From contig CAVTET010000012.1 of NCBI GenBank assembly GCA_963733675.1, forward strand, positions 282,155-346,154: a DNA stretch of 64,000 nt. Reading direction: 5' to 3'. How positions within the stretch are numbered: the stretch's first letter is position 1; each line of letters begins with the position of its first letter. This DNA comes from an uncultured Methanosarcinaceae archaeon. GTDB taxonomy: Archaea; Halobacteriota; Methanosarcinia; Methanosarcinales; Methanosarcinaceae. The notes below the pieces were generated by a model, which did no database searches, was not told the origin of the DNA, and saw nothing but the letters and a program-made list of their open reading frames with translations. Both the position numbers and the translations under genes were made by a program. Positions 36,033-49,947 of this stretch are shown piece by piece.

Positions 36033-36240
36033 CTAAAAGCCCAATCCTTTTGCTACAGATGCTGCCAAAGTCTCATCAGCCTGCCGCAAGTTTTCGATTG
36101 TACGGCTCTGAATAGCTGGAATGGTGACATGGCTCAGGTCGGCCACAAGGTTGCCAATCATATGTTCTTCCCCTGTCTTGTCGAGCTACCGATCCTTTCT
36201 TCAGCCTGAGCAACGTCGTTTGTTTTGAAGATCTTCAAGC
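36033..36240 (-). pseudogene. C-terminal relic of a monofunctional catalase
   Basis: KIFKTNDVAQAEER / LDKTGEEHMIGNLVADLSHV...IQSRTIENLRQADETLAASVAKGLGF* fits the catalase C-terminal helical domain. Confidence 0.7.
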
Positions 36241-36263
36241 CCTTGAAGACGTTTATGCTACTA

Positions 36264-38477
<2,214 letters not shown>

Positions 38478-38842
38478 CTAAAAATTCAAGACCAAATCTC
38501 TAGTATGCAATCTCTTCAATCTTGTCTCCTCTTGGAAGAATTGAGTGCCGATTGCCAGAGGGCCTAATTTCGATCCGTTTCCCATGAGCTTGAAATTCTT
38601 AAATGCTGTTTTGCCATGTCCAATTTGTCATCTTTTAAGGTATGAACGACATAAGCCTCTTAATAGGCTTTATCATAATACAGCTCATGTAAAGTCCATC
38701 CGCTATTATTTCAAACCGTCATCCTCTTGTCTAATTTGCCTTTCAAATCCTGAAAGTTCGTTACCTTAGGTCTTACGACTCCGATTCTATCTATATTTCC
38801 TCCTTTAATCATTACTAATATTTTACTATCCTTGAAGAACTT

Positions 38843-38880
38843 ATTCCAGTTTAATATTAAATTCCAGTTTAATATTAAAC
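38843..38880. promoter_or_regulatory. tandem 18-bp repeat containing a palindrome in the divergent katG/fur promoter; candidate operator
   Basis: ATTCCAGTTTAATATTAA x2; perfect palindrome GTTTAATATTAAAC. Confidence 0.55.
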
Positions 38881-38932
38881 TACTATAACCACGGGCATCT
38901 ATTTAATATTGACTATTATATAATAAAGAGCT

Positions 38933-39382
38933 ATGAATAGCCTTCAGGACTCAGATTCATCCATAATCAAAGCACTCCGCGGAAAAGGATACAAAGCTAT
39001 GCCCCAGAGAATAGCGATCGGTCAATTTGTTCTCCACAATCATGTCTACCCAACTGCTCAGAGAATTTATAGCGAAGTCAAGAAGGTTTATCCAACAGTC
39101 ATTATTACAAAAATTTATAAAACTGTTCAAATCTTGAAAGAGGCAGATTTGATCCAGGAATTTAATTTAGAGAAAGATCAGGCCAGATTTGATCACAATA
39201 TGAAGCCACACGCGCATCTGGTTTGCCTCCAGTGCAAAAGCATCAATGACTGCACAGACCCCATGATTTCTGAAATTGTGGATCGGATGTCAAATGAAGC
39301 AGATTTTTCTGCTGGAGGATGGAATTTTAACATATTTGGCATTTGCAGCAACTGCAGACGGGAAAAAAGTATATGTGGCTGA
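38933..39382 (+). CDS. Fur/PerR family transcriptional regulator
   Basis: PQRIAI, HAHLVCLQC, FGICSNC; divergent from katG. Confidence 0.9.
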   Translation: MNSLQDSDSSIIKALRGKGYKAMPQRIAIGQFVLHNHVYPTAQRIYSEVKKVYPTVIITKIYKTVQILKEADLIQEFNLEKDQARFDHNMKPHAHLVCLQCKSINDCTDPMISEIVDRMSNEADFSAGGWNFNIFGICSNCRREKSICG

Positions 39383-39690
39383 CTCTGTTTATAACATTGT
39401 TTCAGTTATAGACACAGTAACTAATACTGTTATTGACACGATACCTGTAGGAATATTTCCTTACGGAGTTACAGTAACTCATGATGGAAAAAAAGTTTAT
39501 GTGACAAATAGAAAAGGAAAAATTGTTGGGTTTGTAAATCGAAACACTGTATCTGTTATTGACACCTCTACTAATACTGTTACCACAACGGTGCCTGTAG
39601 GTAACAATCCATTTGAGATTGCTGTCACTCATGATGGGGCGAAGGTATATGTGACGAATGCTGATGACAATACTATTTCAGTAATTGGCA
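39354..39690 (+). pseudogene. YVTN beta-propeller repeat fragment of a surface protein
   Basis: Three DGKKVYV..N..VSVIDT.TNTV..T.PVG repeats; no proper start. Confidence 0.85.
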
Positions 39691-40447
39691 TAAAAACCAC
39701 CATAAATGGGGCTCGAAGATTTTTGCCAGACTTTTCTATTTAGCTGTAGAGCCAAATTCCAATTTCGCTGTAGAGCAATATTAACTAGCTGCAGAGCAAA
39801 ATATATTTCGCCCTGTAGCTAAAATTAATTAGCTGTACAGCTAAATTCTAAAGTCTCATGATATCTGTTTTACTACTTATATATCTTCTTTATTTCTTCT
39901 TAATATTTGATAATAATATTAAATGGGGTAAAAAGATGTTGGTATGATATTAATAAATTCTAAAGAGAAAATGAAAGGATCTTTTATATCTCAAATGCCT
40001 TCAGAATGGATTGTAAAGTTACCTTCCAATTCAGTGGGACATACATATAGAGTTGCTATGTATATTTAACATTTAAAAGGGGTGAAGAAATCTAAAGACT
40101 TAATAGTCACCCTGAAGGGTATAAACTCATTTCTACCTATCCCAAATTGGGCTTTTCCAAAAGCATTGGATGAGTTAGAAAAATGTGGGATGATAAAAAC
40201 GGTAAGACAACGGGGTAAAAGTCCCACTGTGACTGTGTTATGTGACAAATGTTATGAAGAGTATCCCACTTTAAACACATACGCCTTAACAACCGAATAA
40301 CGATTTCAAATAATAAAATTAATGCAAATATATATATCTTTTTAGATAATATGAAGTGTCAGATAAGAGCCATAAATTTACAAAGCGATATTATGAAAAA
40401 CAATAGCATTATCCTGAAAACTTCTTTAAAACTTGATTCGTGAGAAT
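39691..40447 (+). repeat. direct-repeat unit 2 (five iteron-like units plus wHTH pseudogene 39944-40300, TAA at 40067)
   Basis: Homologous to 34914-35635. Confidence 0.9.
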
Positions 40448-40768
40448 AGAACGTATTAAAAGTCCGTGGATTGGTAAAAGCCCTAGAGTTACGGTTATAT
40501 GGGAAGATTTTGAGGGAGAGAACGCGCAATGAAATTGGAAAAAGTATGAGACTTATTACCACCCCTTCTCACCAACGGATGGCAACCTTGCTGATAACAT
40601 CCAGCCTGCAGGCAAGTGATCTATATCACCATTAAGACTACTTATTTGGCTCTTTTTACATTATAACAGCTCTTATGTTGAAGACTGCAAAAAGATGTTC
40701 TGTTTTGATCGACGGGCTAGCAAAATAATCTGAGAAATAAATATGAACGCAGAAAAGGAGATTGAGTA

Positions 40769-41257
40769 AGGGCAACTTTAACAGTTCTGAAGTTTGACAC
40801 CGCTGAAGGTGCAGAAAAGGAACTTGAAGTAATTGAGGACTTAAGTAAACAACAAATGATAAAACTACATGATGCGGCTATAGTCACATGGCCGGAGGGA
40901 AAAAATAAACCAAAAACAAAGCATTTGACTAATTTAACCGGTACAGGTGCACTGAGCGGCGCTTTTTGGGGCCTGTTATTTGGCATTCTCTTCTTTAGTC
41001 CTTTATTTGGCCTGGTTGTCGGTGCCACAATAGGTGCATTTGCTGGTTCCATGACCCACATGGGTATTAATGAAGATTTCATAAAGTCTGTTCGCAACAA
41101 AGTGACAGAAGAAACTTCAGCTCTCTTTCTGATGACTAGCGATGCCGTTGAGGATAGGGTAGTAAAAGCAATGAAACAGTCTAAATTTGAAATCATTGCT
41201 ACCAACCTATCAAAAGAAGAAGAAGGCAAAATGCGTGCAGCCTTTGGTGAAGAATAA
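40769..41257 (+). CDS. DUF1269-family membrane protein; homologous start codon is AGG
   Basis: AGGAG RBS then AGG-ATLTVLKFDTAEGAE in frame with 40856; GALSGAFWGLLFGILFF, GINEDFIKSV, TNLSKEEE. Confidence 0.8.
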   Translation, partial: RATLTVLKFDTAEGAEKELEVIEDLSKQQMIKLHDAAIVTWPEGKNKPKTKHLTNLTGTGALSGAFWGLLFGILFFSPLFGLVVGATIGAFAGSMTHMGINEDFIKSVRNKVTEETSALFLMTSDAVEDRVVKAMKQSKFEIIATNLSKEEEGKMRAAFGEE

Positions 41258-41370
41258 AGTTTACCGGAAAAACCAGCTATTACTAGGGAGTAAACTCTCT
41301 AGAAATAACTTTATTTTTACAGAGTTGTTAATCAGGCAAGAAATTAATTCCCAAAAGTATTGACTGACTA

Positions 41371-42808
41371 TTGGAGGAAACAGATACGTCTTTGAAAGAA
41401 TACAAATCTGGAACCACTTTTCCAGGTATAATAGAGCGCACAGCGGATAAGTCAGAACCAGCTTGGCCTGAACCCTTGCGCGCGAAAGAGAATGCACCTA
41501 ATATATTATTCATTGTGCTGGACGACACAGGATTTGGACAAGTTGGGTGCTATGGCAGCCCTATCGACACACTCAATCTGGATAGCTTGGCTGCTGATGG
41601 TCTTGCTTACAGCAATATGCATACTACTGCCCTATGCTCACCTAGCCGCTTATGCATGCTTACCGGCAGAAATCATCATTCGAACAACATGGCCTGCATC
41701 ACCGAAGGATCAACTGGCTTTCCAGGCTATAATGGCTATATACCTTTTGAAAACGGCTTTTTGTCAGAGATGCTTCTCCAGAATGGTTACAACACCTATG
41801 CTGTCGGCAAATGGCACCTAACACCTGCAGACCATATATCGGCAGCAGGGCCTTATGACCGCTGGCCTTTGGGACGGGATTTTGAGCGCTTCTACGGTTT
41901 TTTAGGAGCTGAAACAAACCAGTATTACCCTGAACTGATCTATGATAATCATTCCATAGACCCTCCCAAAACTCCAGAAGAAGGCTACACATTGAATGAG
42001 GATATAGTAAACAGAGCTATTCAGTTCATTGCTGACTCCAAACAAGTAGCACCCAGCAAGCCTTTTTTCATGTACTTCTGTCCAGGGGCTATGCATGCTC
42101 CTCACCATGTCCCGAAAGAATGGGCAGACAAATAGAAAGGAAAATTCGATGACGGCTGGGAAGCTTATCGGGTGAGAACATTTTCTCGGCAGAAGAAATT
42201 GGGCATTATTCCAAAAGAAACTGAGCTATCTCGCCATGATCCAGATGTCAAACCCTGGGACCAATGCACACCTGAGGAGAAGATACTCTATGCCCGTATG
42301 ATGGAGGTCTTTGCCGGATTCCTGGAGCACACCGATTACCACATTGGTTGTCTGTTTCAATTTTTGGAAGATATTGGTGAGTTTGAGAATACGTTGATCA
42401 TGGTAATTTCAGATAACGGAGCAAGCTCCGAAGGAGGTCCTACTGGATCAATTAACGAGATGAGGTTTTTCAATAATGTGTCTGAATCTGTGGAGGATAA
42501 TCTCGTAGCCCTGGATAAACTTGGGGGCCCAGAGACTTATAACCATTATGCTTGGAGCTGGACTTGGGCTGGAAACACCCCCTTCCGTCGCTGGAAACGA
42601 GAGACATATCGAGGCGGTATCAGTGATCCCTTTATAGTCCACTGGCCCAGAGGAATTAAGGCTAAAGGCCAGATTCGCACTCAGTATGCCCACGCTATCG
42701 ATATGTTACCTACAGTTATGGAGTGCCTAGGGCTCGAACCTCCGATGGTTATCAAAGGTGTAACCCAGTCACCTATTGAAGGCGTAAGTTTTGCACATAC
42801 CTTCGACA
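41371..42808 (+). pseudogene. arylsulfatase, N-terminal two-thirds, in-frame TAG at 42133, 3'-truncated
   Basis: PNILFIVLDDTGFG, LCSPSR (CxPxR), GKWHL. The frame continues after the TAG to IEGVSFAHTFD. Confidence 0.9.
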
Positions 42809-42995
42809 CCATTGAAGCCATCATAATACACTATTTTATCACCTTATATGGCTGGAAAGCTTGCTCCTCTGCTAATGATACGAGTTTCTTGTTGTGTGGA
42901 GAGATCATACATATAGATATCCATATTTCCATTGCGATAATCATCATATACTACTTTATCACCGTATATAGCTGGATGTTCTGCTGTTAAGAAAT
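42809..42995 (-). pseudogene. Methanosarcina cell-surface beta-propeller repeat fragment
   Basis: PAIYGDKVVYDDYRNGNMDIYMYDLSTQQETRI...PAI*GDKIVY. Confidence 0.8.
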
Positions 42996-42998
42996 AAC

Positions 42999-43148
42999 GG
43001 TTCCGTTGCAAAAATAATATTTCTGCATTTTGACACTATAATTTTCACCTTTATGTGTCATTTTCTTTCTAATGAAAATGATTAAATTTCCTAATTGTGA
43101 AAGTTTTTTCTGATTTTGCAACAAAGCCAGATTTTTTGCAACGGGACC
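42999..43148. mobile_element. 150-bp IS6-type MITE, copy 2
   Basis: GGTTCCGTTGCAAAAA ... TTTTTGCAACGGGACC; same length as copy 1 and a shared right half. Confidence 0.9.
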
Positions 43149-43149
43149 A

Positions 43150-43248
43150 TACAGAGAAAGCTACGTAAAAATAGCAGATAAATCTCCAGACAAGAAGCCT
43201 TTCCATCATCCATATTATTGGGCAGCTTTCAAAGTTAACGGAGCATAA
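43150..43248 (+). pseudogene. CHAT-domain protein, extreme C-terminus
   Basis: KKPFHHPYYWAAFKVNGA* is the typical CHAT C-terminal motif. Confidence 0.75.
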
Positions 43249-44267
43249 AATTAGTGTTTGATTTGATCGTGTGTATATTGATGGAGCATTATCCTGTTCG
43301 TTTAGGTATAATCACCTCATCAATTTCTCCTACAGCTGTTTCTCTTCAGTCAGATTCAAGGACATAGGCTGATGAAGAGCTTTAAATAGATAGAAACGAT
43401 AAATGTCCACTGCTGATCGGATCAGAACTCCATAGACTTTAGCATGGGATACAGAACCTTGATAGACTCAGGAAGTTAGAGCTAGCCCCGCTATAAGAAT
43501 TAGGCAAGCTGCGAGAAAAACTCTAAGCTCCACGGATTCTCATCAGGATAAAAGTACCAGCTGACCAAGCTCTCCCGCCTTCAGGTACAGATCATATTAC
43601 ATTAACGATTGTATTCCAAATTATTTTTATGGTTGTCTGTGTTTCTTCCCACTCTTCACCAGGTGTGCCAGGCTAATTACAAGAGCCTAAAAGCTTTCAT
43701 GTTCAGCTTTTGTTATTGCATTAGCTGTGATATTATCCGAAGGCTGGGTGATAGCTCTTGAAATTTTAAGCACATGCATTTTATTGTCAGATCCTGTTCC
43801 AACTAAGAATACAGATACCATAGAATGAGTATTGAAGCAAGCTGAATCTCTTTCGAATACATGGATAAGTTAAAAGATAGTGAAACTTTCATCAATCATG
43901 TCTTATATATGGGTAAGGCGAAGATTCCTTTGAGACTTCGCCAATAAATTTACTAACTAGTGATTAAATTTCCATATGCATTATAGAACAAAATATAAAA
44001 TATAAGTGCTTTGAACAAAAAGTTAGATGCTCTCGAAGTACATTTTTAATCCCTTTTGCTCCATAGTTCAGTGAGGCTTGAGAGACATGTTTCAATGAAT
44101 GGAACCTCAAAGTTTCGTCAAGTTGGAACCTCAATCTTCAAAACATCAAATAAATATATTAGAGCATGACAAATAACTTTATATTATAAAAATAGGTTTT
44201 TCAGATATCGGAAGAACAGAAACATTAAAATCCCTTCAGGTTTATTGTGGACTCAGGTGAAAACTAC

Positions 44268-44621
44268 ATGACTGCAGAACTACCTCCACAAATTCAGAAT
44301 CAAATAGCACAATTACAGCAGCTACAGCAACAGATCCAGGGTCTAGCTATGCAAAAATCCAAAATTGAAGCCATGCAAAATGAGTCAAAAATGGCTCTCG
44401 ACGAGTTGGCAAAGCTGACTGAAGATGTGATAGTCTATCGTAATGTAGGAGAGCTGTTAATTAAAACGAGTAAAGAAGAATCCATTTCGAAACTCAAAGA
44501 AAGGGAAGAAACCCTCTCTCTCAGGCTTCAGTCAATTTCTAGACAGGAAGAAAGGCTCACTTCTCGCTTTAAACAGCTTCAGGAACAGATCCAGCATGCA
44601 CTGGGTCCCAGGGCACAATAA
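44268..44621 (+). CDS. pfdB: prefoldin beta subunit
   Basis: ELPPQIQNQIAQLQQLQQQ, VYRNVGELLIK. Confidence 0.95.
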   Translation: MTAELPPQIQNQIAQLQQLQQQIQGLAMQKSKIEAMQNESKMALDELAKLTEDVIVYRNVGELLIKTSKEESISKLKEREETLSLRLQSISRQEERLTSRFKQLQEQIQHALGPRAQ

Positions 44622-44835
44622 TCTGAGAGGATTTCGATAAATTTTGTTTTTTTGGTTGCTTGCTTATAAGGTATATAAGCAATTTGTTGAAATCCAGGGT
44701 TTGTCCAAATTCCCTTTATTTATTACTTATAAATGTAGAACATAAATAGGATATCGATTCATTAGAAGTATGCCGAAACCCGGAGGGAATGAGACCGAGG
44801 ATATATAGGCCCATAACACGACATCTGAGTGGACA

Positions 44836-45843
44836 ATGCAAGTTAATGAAGAGGAGTTTTTCAATCGGCTCCTTGACTATCGAAACATCTTATATTTGTG
44901 TCACCGGAATGCAGACCCGGATGCTATTAGCAGTGCTTTCGCTCTTTCTGAAGCTATAGGGGGTACTGTCGGCCTTGTAGATGGGTGTAACCGTGTAGCA
45001 TCGGTTTTGATCGAGAAACTTGGAATAGAAGTAGTGGATAAGCCAAATCCCGAGAATTATGGTTTTGTTGTCGTAGTTGACACTTCTACAAAAGCACAAT
45101 TAAATGATATAGAGCTTATCGGTTACTGTGTGATAGATCACCATACAACTACTGCTCTAACAGAAAATGCAGATTTCTACCTGCATAGGAACACTACGTC
45201 AACTGTTGAAATTATTTACGATATTTTAAAAGTAATGGGGGCACCAATTAACAGACGTGTGGGAATCGGAATGCTTACAGGAATAGTGACAGATACCGGA
45301 CATTTTAAACATGCATCAGAAGACACATTCAGTACAGTAGCAAAAATTATAAAGGCAAGTGGCGTTGAATATGGAGAAGTGCTGGACCTTATGGCTATTA
45401 CCCCACAGGATATATCTATGCGTATTGCCATCCTGAAAGCAGTAAGTCGTGTTGAACTTGATAGAGTGCAGGATATGCTAATTGCATCTTCACATGTAAG
45501 TTCTTTCGGAGGCTCTGCATCTTCCATGCTTATAAATATCGGTGCAGATATTGCTTTTGTTGGCACAGCAAAAGGTGAAAGCGTCCGAATAAGTTCTAGG
45601 GCAAAACGTGAAGCTGTTAATGCTGGAGTTAATCTTGGACAGTTAATGGAAGATATAAGCAACGAATATAACGGCACAGGAGGAGGGCATTCCGGAGCTG
45701 CTGGAATCGATGTCATTGCAGATATGAAAGAAGTGTTGAACAAATGCAAGGAAAGAACAAAGAAGATTCTTGAAGCTTCACTTGGAACAACGTCAAAAGA
45801 TCTATATATTGAAGATGAACTAGAAGACGTTGGAGATGAATGA
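44836..45843 (+). CDS. DHH/DHHA1 family phosphoesterase
   Basis: HRNADPDA, VVVDT, IDHH, GIVTDTGHF, GGGHSGAAG. Confidence 0.93.
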   Translation: MQVNEEEFFNRLLDYRNILYLCHRNADPDAISSAFALSEAIGGTVGLVDGCNRVASVLIEKLGIEVVDKPNPENYGFVVVVDTSTKAQLNDIELIGYCVIDHHTTTALTENADFYLHRNTTSTVEIIYDILKVMGAPINRRVGIGMLTGIVTDTGHFKHASEDTFSTVAKIIKASGVEYGEVLDLMAITPQDISMRIAILKAVSRVELDRVQDMLIASSHVSSFGGSASSMLINIGADIAFVGTAKGESVRISSRAKREAVNAGVNLGQLMEDISNEYNGTGGGHSGAAGIDVIADMKEVLNKCKERTKKILEASLGTTSKDLYIEDELEDVGDE

Positions 45844-46387
45844 TTTTTATTGAAATAAGTATCTTAATAATTTAGAACCCTAACATTGTCTAGTACTCAA
45901 TAAATTGCCTGATAAGGCCACAATTAAAAGGCAACCGAGTAAATTTACATTGGTACTTGACATGAGAGTCAAGATAACTTGGAAGTATTTTAAGTCATTT
46001 GTAACAATTATTAAAAATAGAATCATGTTATTTTTGGAAATGTATATCTATATTTAGTCAGATGACTTTTGGCTTTTATCCGAAAAACTTTCAAGCTATC
46101 AGAGCTTCCCTTTGAACCCAACAACTACATTATTTAGATGTGAATGCAGCTTAATCTTCACAGCACACCTGCCGAAAATCCACACAATCAAGAATATTTT
46201 TATTCCGGGGTGAGCATCGCTCAAAATCGAGTACTTCCCAAATAAGTAATACGGGGAGTAAATGATTAAATGTGAAAAATAAGCATTCATCTATTTTTTG
46301 AAAAAAAATGTAAAGATATTTTTGAGGCTATGGTTTTAGTAACTCAGCACAAAGCTCACAATATGAGACATTCAGAGTGTGAAAAAA

Positions 46388-47692
46388 ATGCCAAAATACT
46401 GGGATCCTGAAATCGAGACAATGCCTGTAGAGAATTTGAAAAAACTGCAGGAAAGGAAGTTGAAAGAACTCGTACATTATGTATATGAACACTCTCATTT
46501 TTATCGGAAAAGGTTTATTGAACATGGCATTAGGCCGGAAGACATCCATACACTTGAAGATGTCAGAAAGTTACCTTTTACATTTAAGACGGACCTAAGA
46601 GACAACTACCCAACCGGCATGTTTTGCGTCCCTAACTCAGAACTTGTCCGCTTCCACGCTTCTTCGGGTACAACAGGGAAGCCGATAGTATTAGGGTATA
46701 CACAGAAGGACATTGAAGAATGGGCTGTGTCTCTCGCACGAGGATTTACCTCTATTGGAGTGGGGAAGAACGATATACTTCAAGTAAGTTACGGATACGG
46801 ACTTTTTACAGGTGGACTCGGTGCTCACTATGGAAGCGAAAAAATTGGTGCAACAGTACTACCTACAAGCTCTGGAAATACTGAACGCCAACTTGACTTG
46901 ATGAGAGACCTTGGCACAACTATCATAGCATGCACACCTTCTTACTTTTTATATATGGTCGAAACAGCAAAGAAGTTAGGCATCAGCATTAGGAACGATA
47001 CGAAATTAAAGATGGGATTTTTCGGAGCTGAACCCTGGTCTGAGGAACTCAAGAAACGAATAGAAGACGAATCCGGAATTAAAGCTTATGATATTTATGG
47101 GACTTCAGAAATGAGTGGTCCGCTTTTTACTGAATGTTCGGAGCAGTGCGGAATTCATATATGGTCGGATAAATTCTTGGTGGAAATCCTGAACCCGGAT
47201 ACCGAAGAGCCAGTGCCTGATGGGGAAACCGGAGAACTCGTAATAACAACTCTTACTAAAGAAGCCCTCCCCCTTATTCGCTACAGGATAAATGACCTCA
47301 CTCGAAAGCTTTCAGAATGCTGCAGGTGCGGGAGAACCCATCCAAGAATTACACGCATAAGCGGACGCTCTGATGACATGATTATAGTTCGTGGAATCAA
47401 TGTATTCCCCGGACAGGTCGAATCGGCCCTTATGGAAATACCCGAAGTTGGAAACTTTTTCATGATAATTGTAGACCGAATCGGACCTCTTGATTCCATC
47501 AAAATTCAAATAGAGATGCATGAATCTGCTTTTAGTGATCGCATGTCAGACATGATGACGCTTAAAAAGAAAATATCGGAGGCTTTGAAAAGTGCACTGA
47601 ATCTTGCAGTCGAGGTGGAACTAATCGAACCTGGTTCCTTGCCCCGTTCGGAAGGAAAATCAAAAAAAGTCATTGATAAGCGGAAGATGTGA
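46388..47692 (+). CDS. paaK: phenylacetate--CoA ligase family protein
   Basis: HASSGTTGKP, YGLFTGGLG, DIYGTSE, PLIRYR, GRSDDMIIVRGINVFP. Confidence 0.92.
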   Translation: MPKYWDPEIETMPVENLKKLQERKLKELVHYVYEHSHFYRKRFIEHGIRPEDIHTLEDVRKLPFTFKTDLRDNYPTGMFCVPNSELVRFHASSGTTGKPIVLGYTQKDIEEWAVSLARGFTSIGVGKNDILQVSYGYGLFTGGLGAHYGSEKIGATVLPTSSGNTERQLDLMRDLGTTIIACTPSYFLYMVETAKKLGISIRNDTKLKMGFFGAEPWSEELKKRIEDESGIKAYDIYGTSEMSGPLFTECSEQCGIHIWSDKFLVEILNPDTEEPVPDGETGELVITTLTKEALPLIRYRINDLTRKLSECCRCGRTHPRITRISGRSDDMIIVRGINVFPGQVESALMEIPEVGNFFMIIVDRIGPLDSIKIQIEMHESAFSDRMSDMMTLKKKISEALKSALNLAVEVELIEPGSLPRSEGKSKKVIDKRKM

Positions 47693-48058
47693 ATTTTGTG
47701 GATACGTATGACATACACATAAAAATTGCTGGATGCAACACTCATTCAGGCTTTTCTCTTTTTCGGATTTAATCTCCTTTAAATTTCTCTTCGAATAAAG
47801 AGACAGAGATAAAGTTAAGCCATAAATAATACAAACCAATCTACAGAGAATACCATTTGTTTTCTCAATATTGCATTAGCGTAAAAATTAATATAACTTT
47901 CAATAAATAATTGTATGTAAATAGCCGAACGAATTCTACATAGGCGTTCATTTGCGTAGGTAAGATGTAAGCTTAAAATATACAAAAGCTGATATTAATT
48001 CCGAAAAAAGATTTAAAAGGATGAAAAAAGAAAATAAAAGAATAGGGGATGTAAGGAC

Positions 48059-48508
48059 ATGGAAACTAGCACAAAACATAAAATCATAAAGCAGATTTCT
48101 CTTTTTGCGGAAAACAAACCTGGTAGACTCGCAAACGTAGCAAATAAGTTAAAAAGCGCTGGGATAAATATAAAAGCATTTACTATTGCTGAATCAGGTG
48201 ACTTCGGGATAATCCGTATGGTCGTAGACAAGTCTGAGTATGCTTATAATGTTCTTCATACATCGGGATTTACCGTTTCCGAAACAAATGTGCTGGGTAT
48301 TGAAATGAAAGATCTACCTGGTAGCATGTCTCATATTGCTGAAGTGTTTGGTGAAGCTAAAATAAATCTTGAATATGCTTATGCTTTTGTAACCAGGGAT
48401 CAGAAAGCCCTACTAATAGTCAGAGTTAACGATATTGAAGCTGCGATAAAAACACTTGAAGAAGAAAATATCAAGCTTATAGATATGAAGGAACTTGAAA
48501 AAATCTAA
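48059..48508 (+). CDS. ACT-domain protein
   Basis: KQISLFAENKPGRLA, IAESGDFGIIR, NLEYAYAF; usual neighbour of paaK. Confidence 0.9.
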   Translation: METSTKHKIIKQISLFAENKPGRLANVANKLKSAGINIKAFTIAESGDFGIIRMVVDKSEYAYNVLHTSGFTVSETNVLGIEMKDLPGSMSHIAEVFGEAKINLEYAYAFVTRDQKALLIVRVNDIEAAIKTLEEENIKLIDMKELEKI

Positions 48509-48652
48509 TTCTCAATGGTAACTGGATTTTCCGGGAAAAAGTTGTTTGGAGAAAGAACCATGAATGATCCAGAAATCAGGTACTGTATTTTAACAAACTT
48601 TTGTGCATTTAATTATTGGATAGTTTAAATCTCTTGACAATAATTCCTACTT

Positions 48653-49812
48653 ATGAAAACTCTTACTGATTTTGCTCTTAAAGAAGAATACAAACATCTT
48701 CAGTAAGGTGGAGACAAACTTGCTGAAACTGATACCTTATTAGATTGGAAATCTTTCAGTTCATTTTTGAGTCAATATATTTTAATAAAACAGTTTACTT
48801 AGGCAGACCTGGACCTGACGTAATCGTGATGTTAAATATATTTGTTTTATAGCAATTTATGCTCTTTCCGAATGTGAACTTGAGAAAGAATGTATTGATA
48901 GGATTTCTTTCAGAAAATTTCTTGGTTTTCCTGATTAAATATCAAATAGTACCATAGTATGGTCATAAGAATAAGAATTATTAATAACTGCAAGGGAATA
49001 AATCCGGAGACCGTTGAAAAGCCAACTGATCGACTTGAACTGATTGCCTTGGTTTTGAAAATAAAAACGGGGATGATTCAGGACGGTACTTATTATCTAT
49101 TCAGATCCTTGAAATACAAAAGGGATAGAGCTCACGAAAATAAAGCAAAAACAAAGAGAAATAGAAAAAGAAACTGAATAAAAAAGAGCGATAAGTTACA
49201 CTTTGGATATAAACTTCGTATCATAATAGACAAAAATTATGAGCCTATCAGAAGATTTAAAACAACAACTAAATTACGTTATGATTTTCAGACAGAATTC
49301 TCAAAAAATTAAATTGTTTGCAGAGATAAAGGATATTTTGGAGCAAAATCAAAAGATGATGATGCACCAATGAAAAGAGTAGTATAATAACATCCTTTTA
49401 GGAAGAAGTGATAAATTAAGGAACAAGAGAATCGCTTAAAAAAGCTTTAGAGGAACAAGTTTATTCAATAACTAAAAAGATATTCAAAACGGGAAAAATT
49501 CCTTTCACTACTGTTCAAAGAGTGGATCTAAAGATGTTGAGTACAACCTTTAGTTATAATCTCTATCATTTTATGACATTGAAAATAAAAAGTGTATTAT
49601 TAAGGATAGCAGAGTATCTTTAAAATCAAATACAATAAGCCAGATAAAAAATTAAGTCAAACACAGAAATTAATAGGAAAGATTTAGAAGGATTCATGCG
49701 AAAAAAAGAGGTAAATATGAATACTGTATAGCCGGGAAAAACTTTTTGGAAACTTTTTAATATCTTATTGGATCGCAAAAATTCATCATTAATTTAAGCA
49801 TTCTACAACTGC
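48653..49812 (+). mobile_element. heavily decayed IS5-family transposase
   Basis: MKTLTDFALKEEYK..GDKLAE, GRP.PDVIVM, DRISFRKFLGFP, HFGYKL, RDKGYFG with many stops. Confidence 0.8.
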
Positions 49813-49947
49813 AAAGAATCAAAAAGCCAGAAAATGATAAAAGGTCTCATTTCTTGAAAATCTGGCATCGTATGTCGGTATACAGAATAAATATAAAAAA
49901 ATAAATAACTGGGAAATTACCCTGACAATAAACCTGGTTTGGCTAAG

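Noticed and set aside
38520-38810. Possible superoxide dismutase or other gene relic upstream of katG (NNSGWTLHELYYD)
   Set aside because: Only one short motif; an RBS-like GGAGG is present but no consistent frame could be rebuilt.
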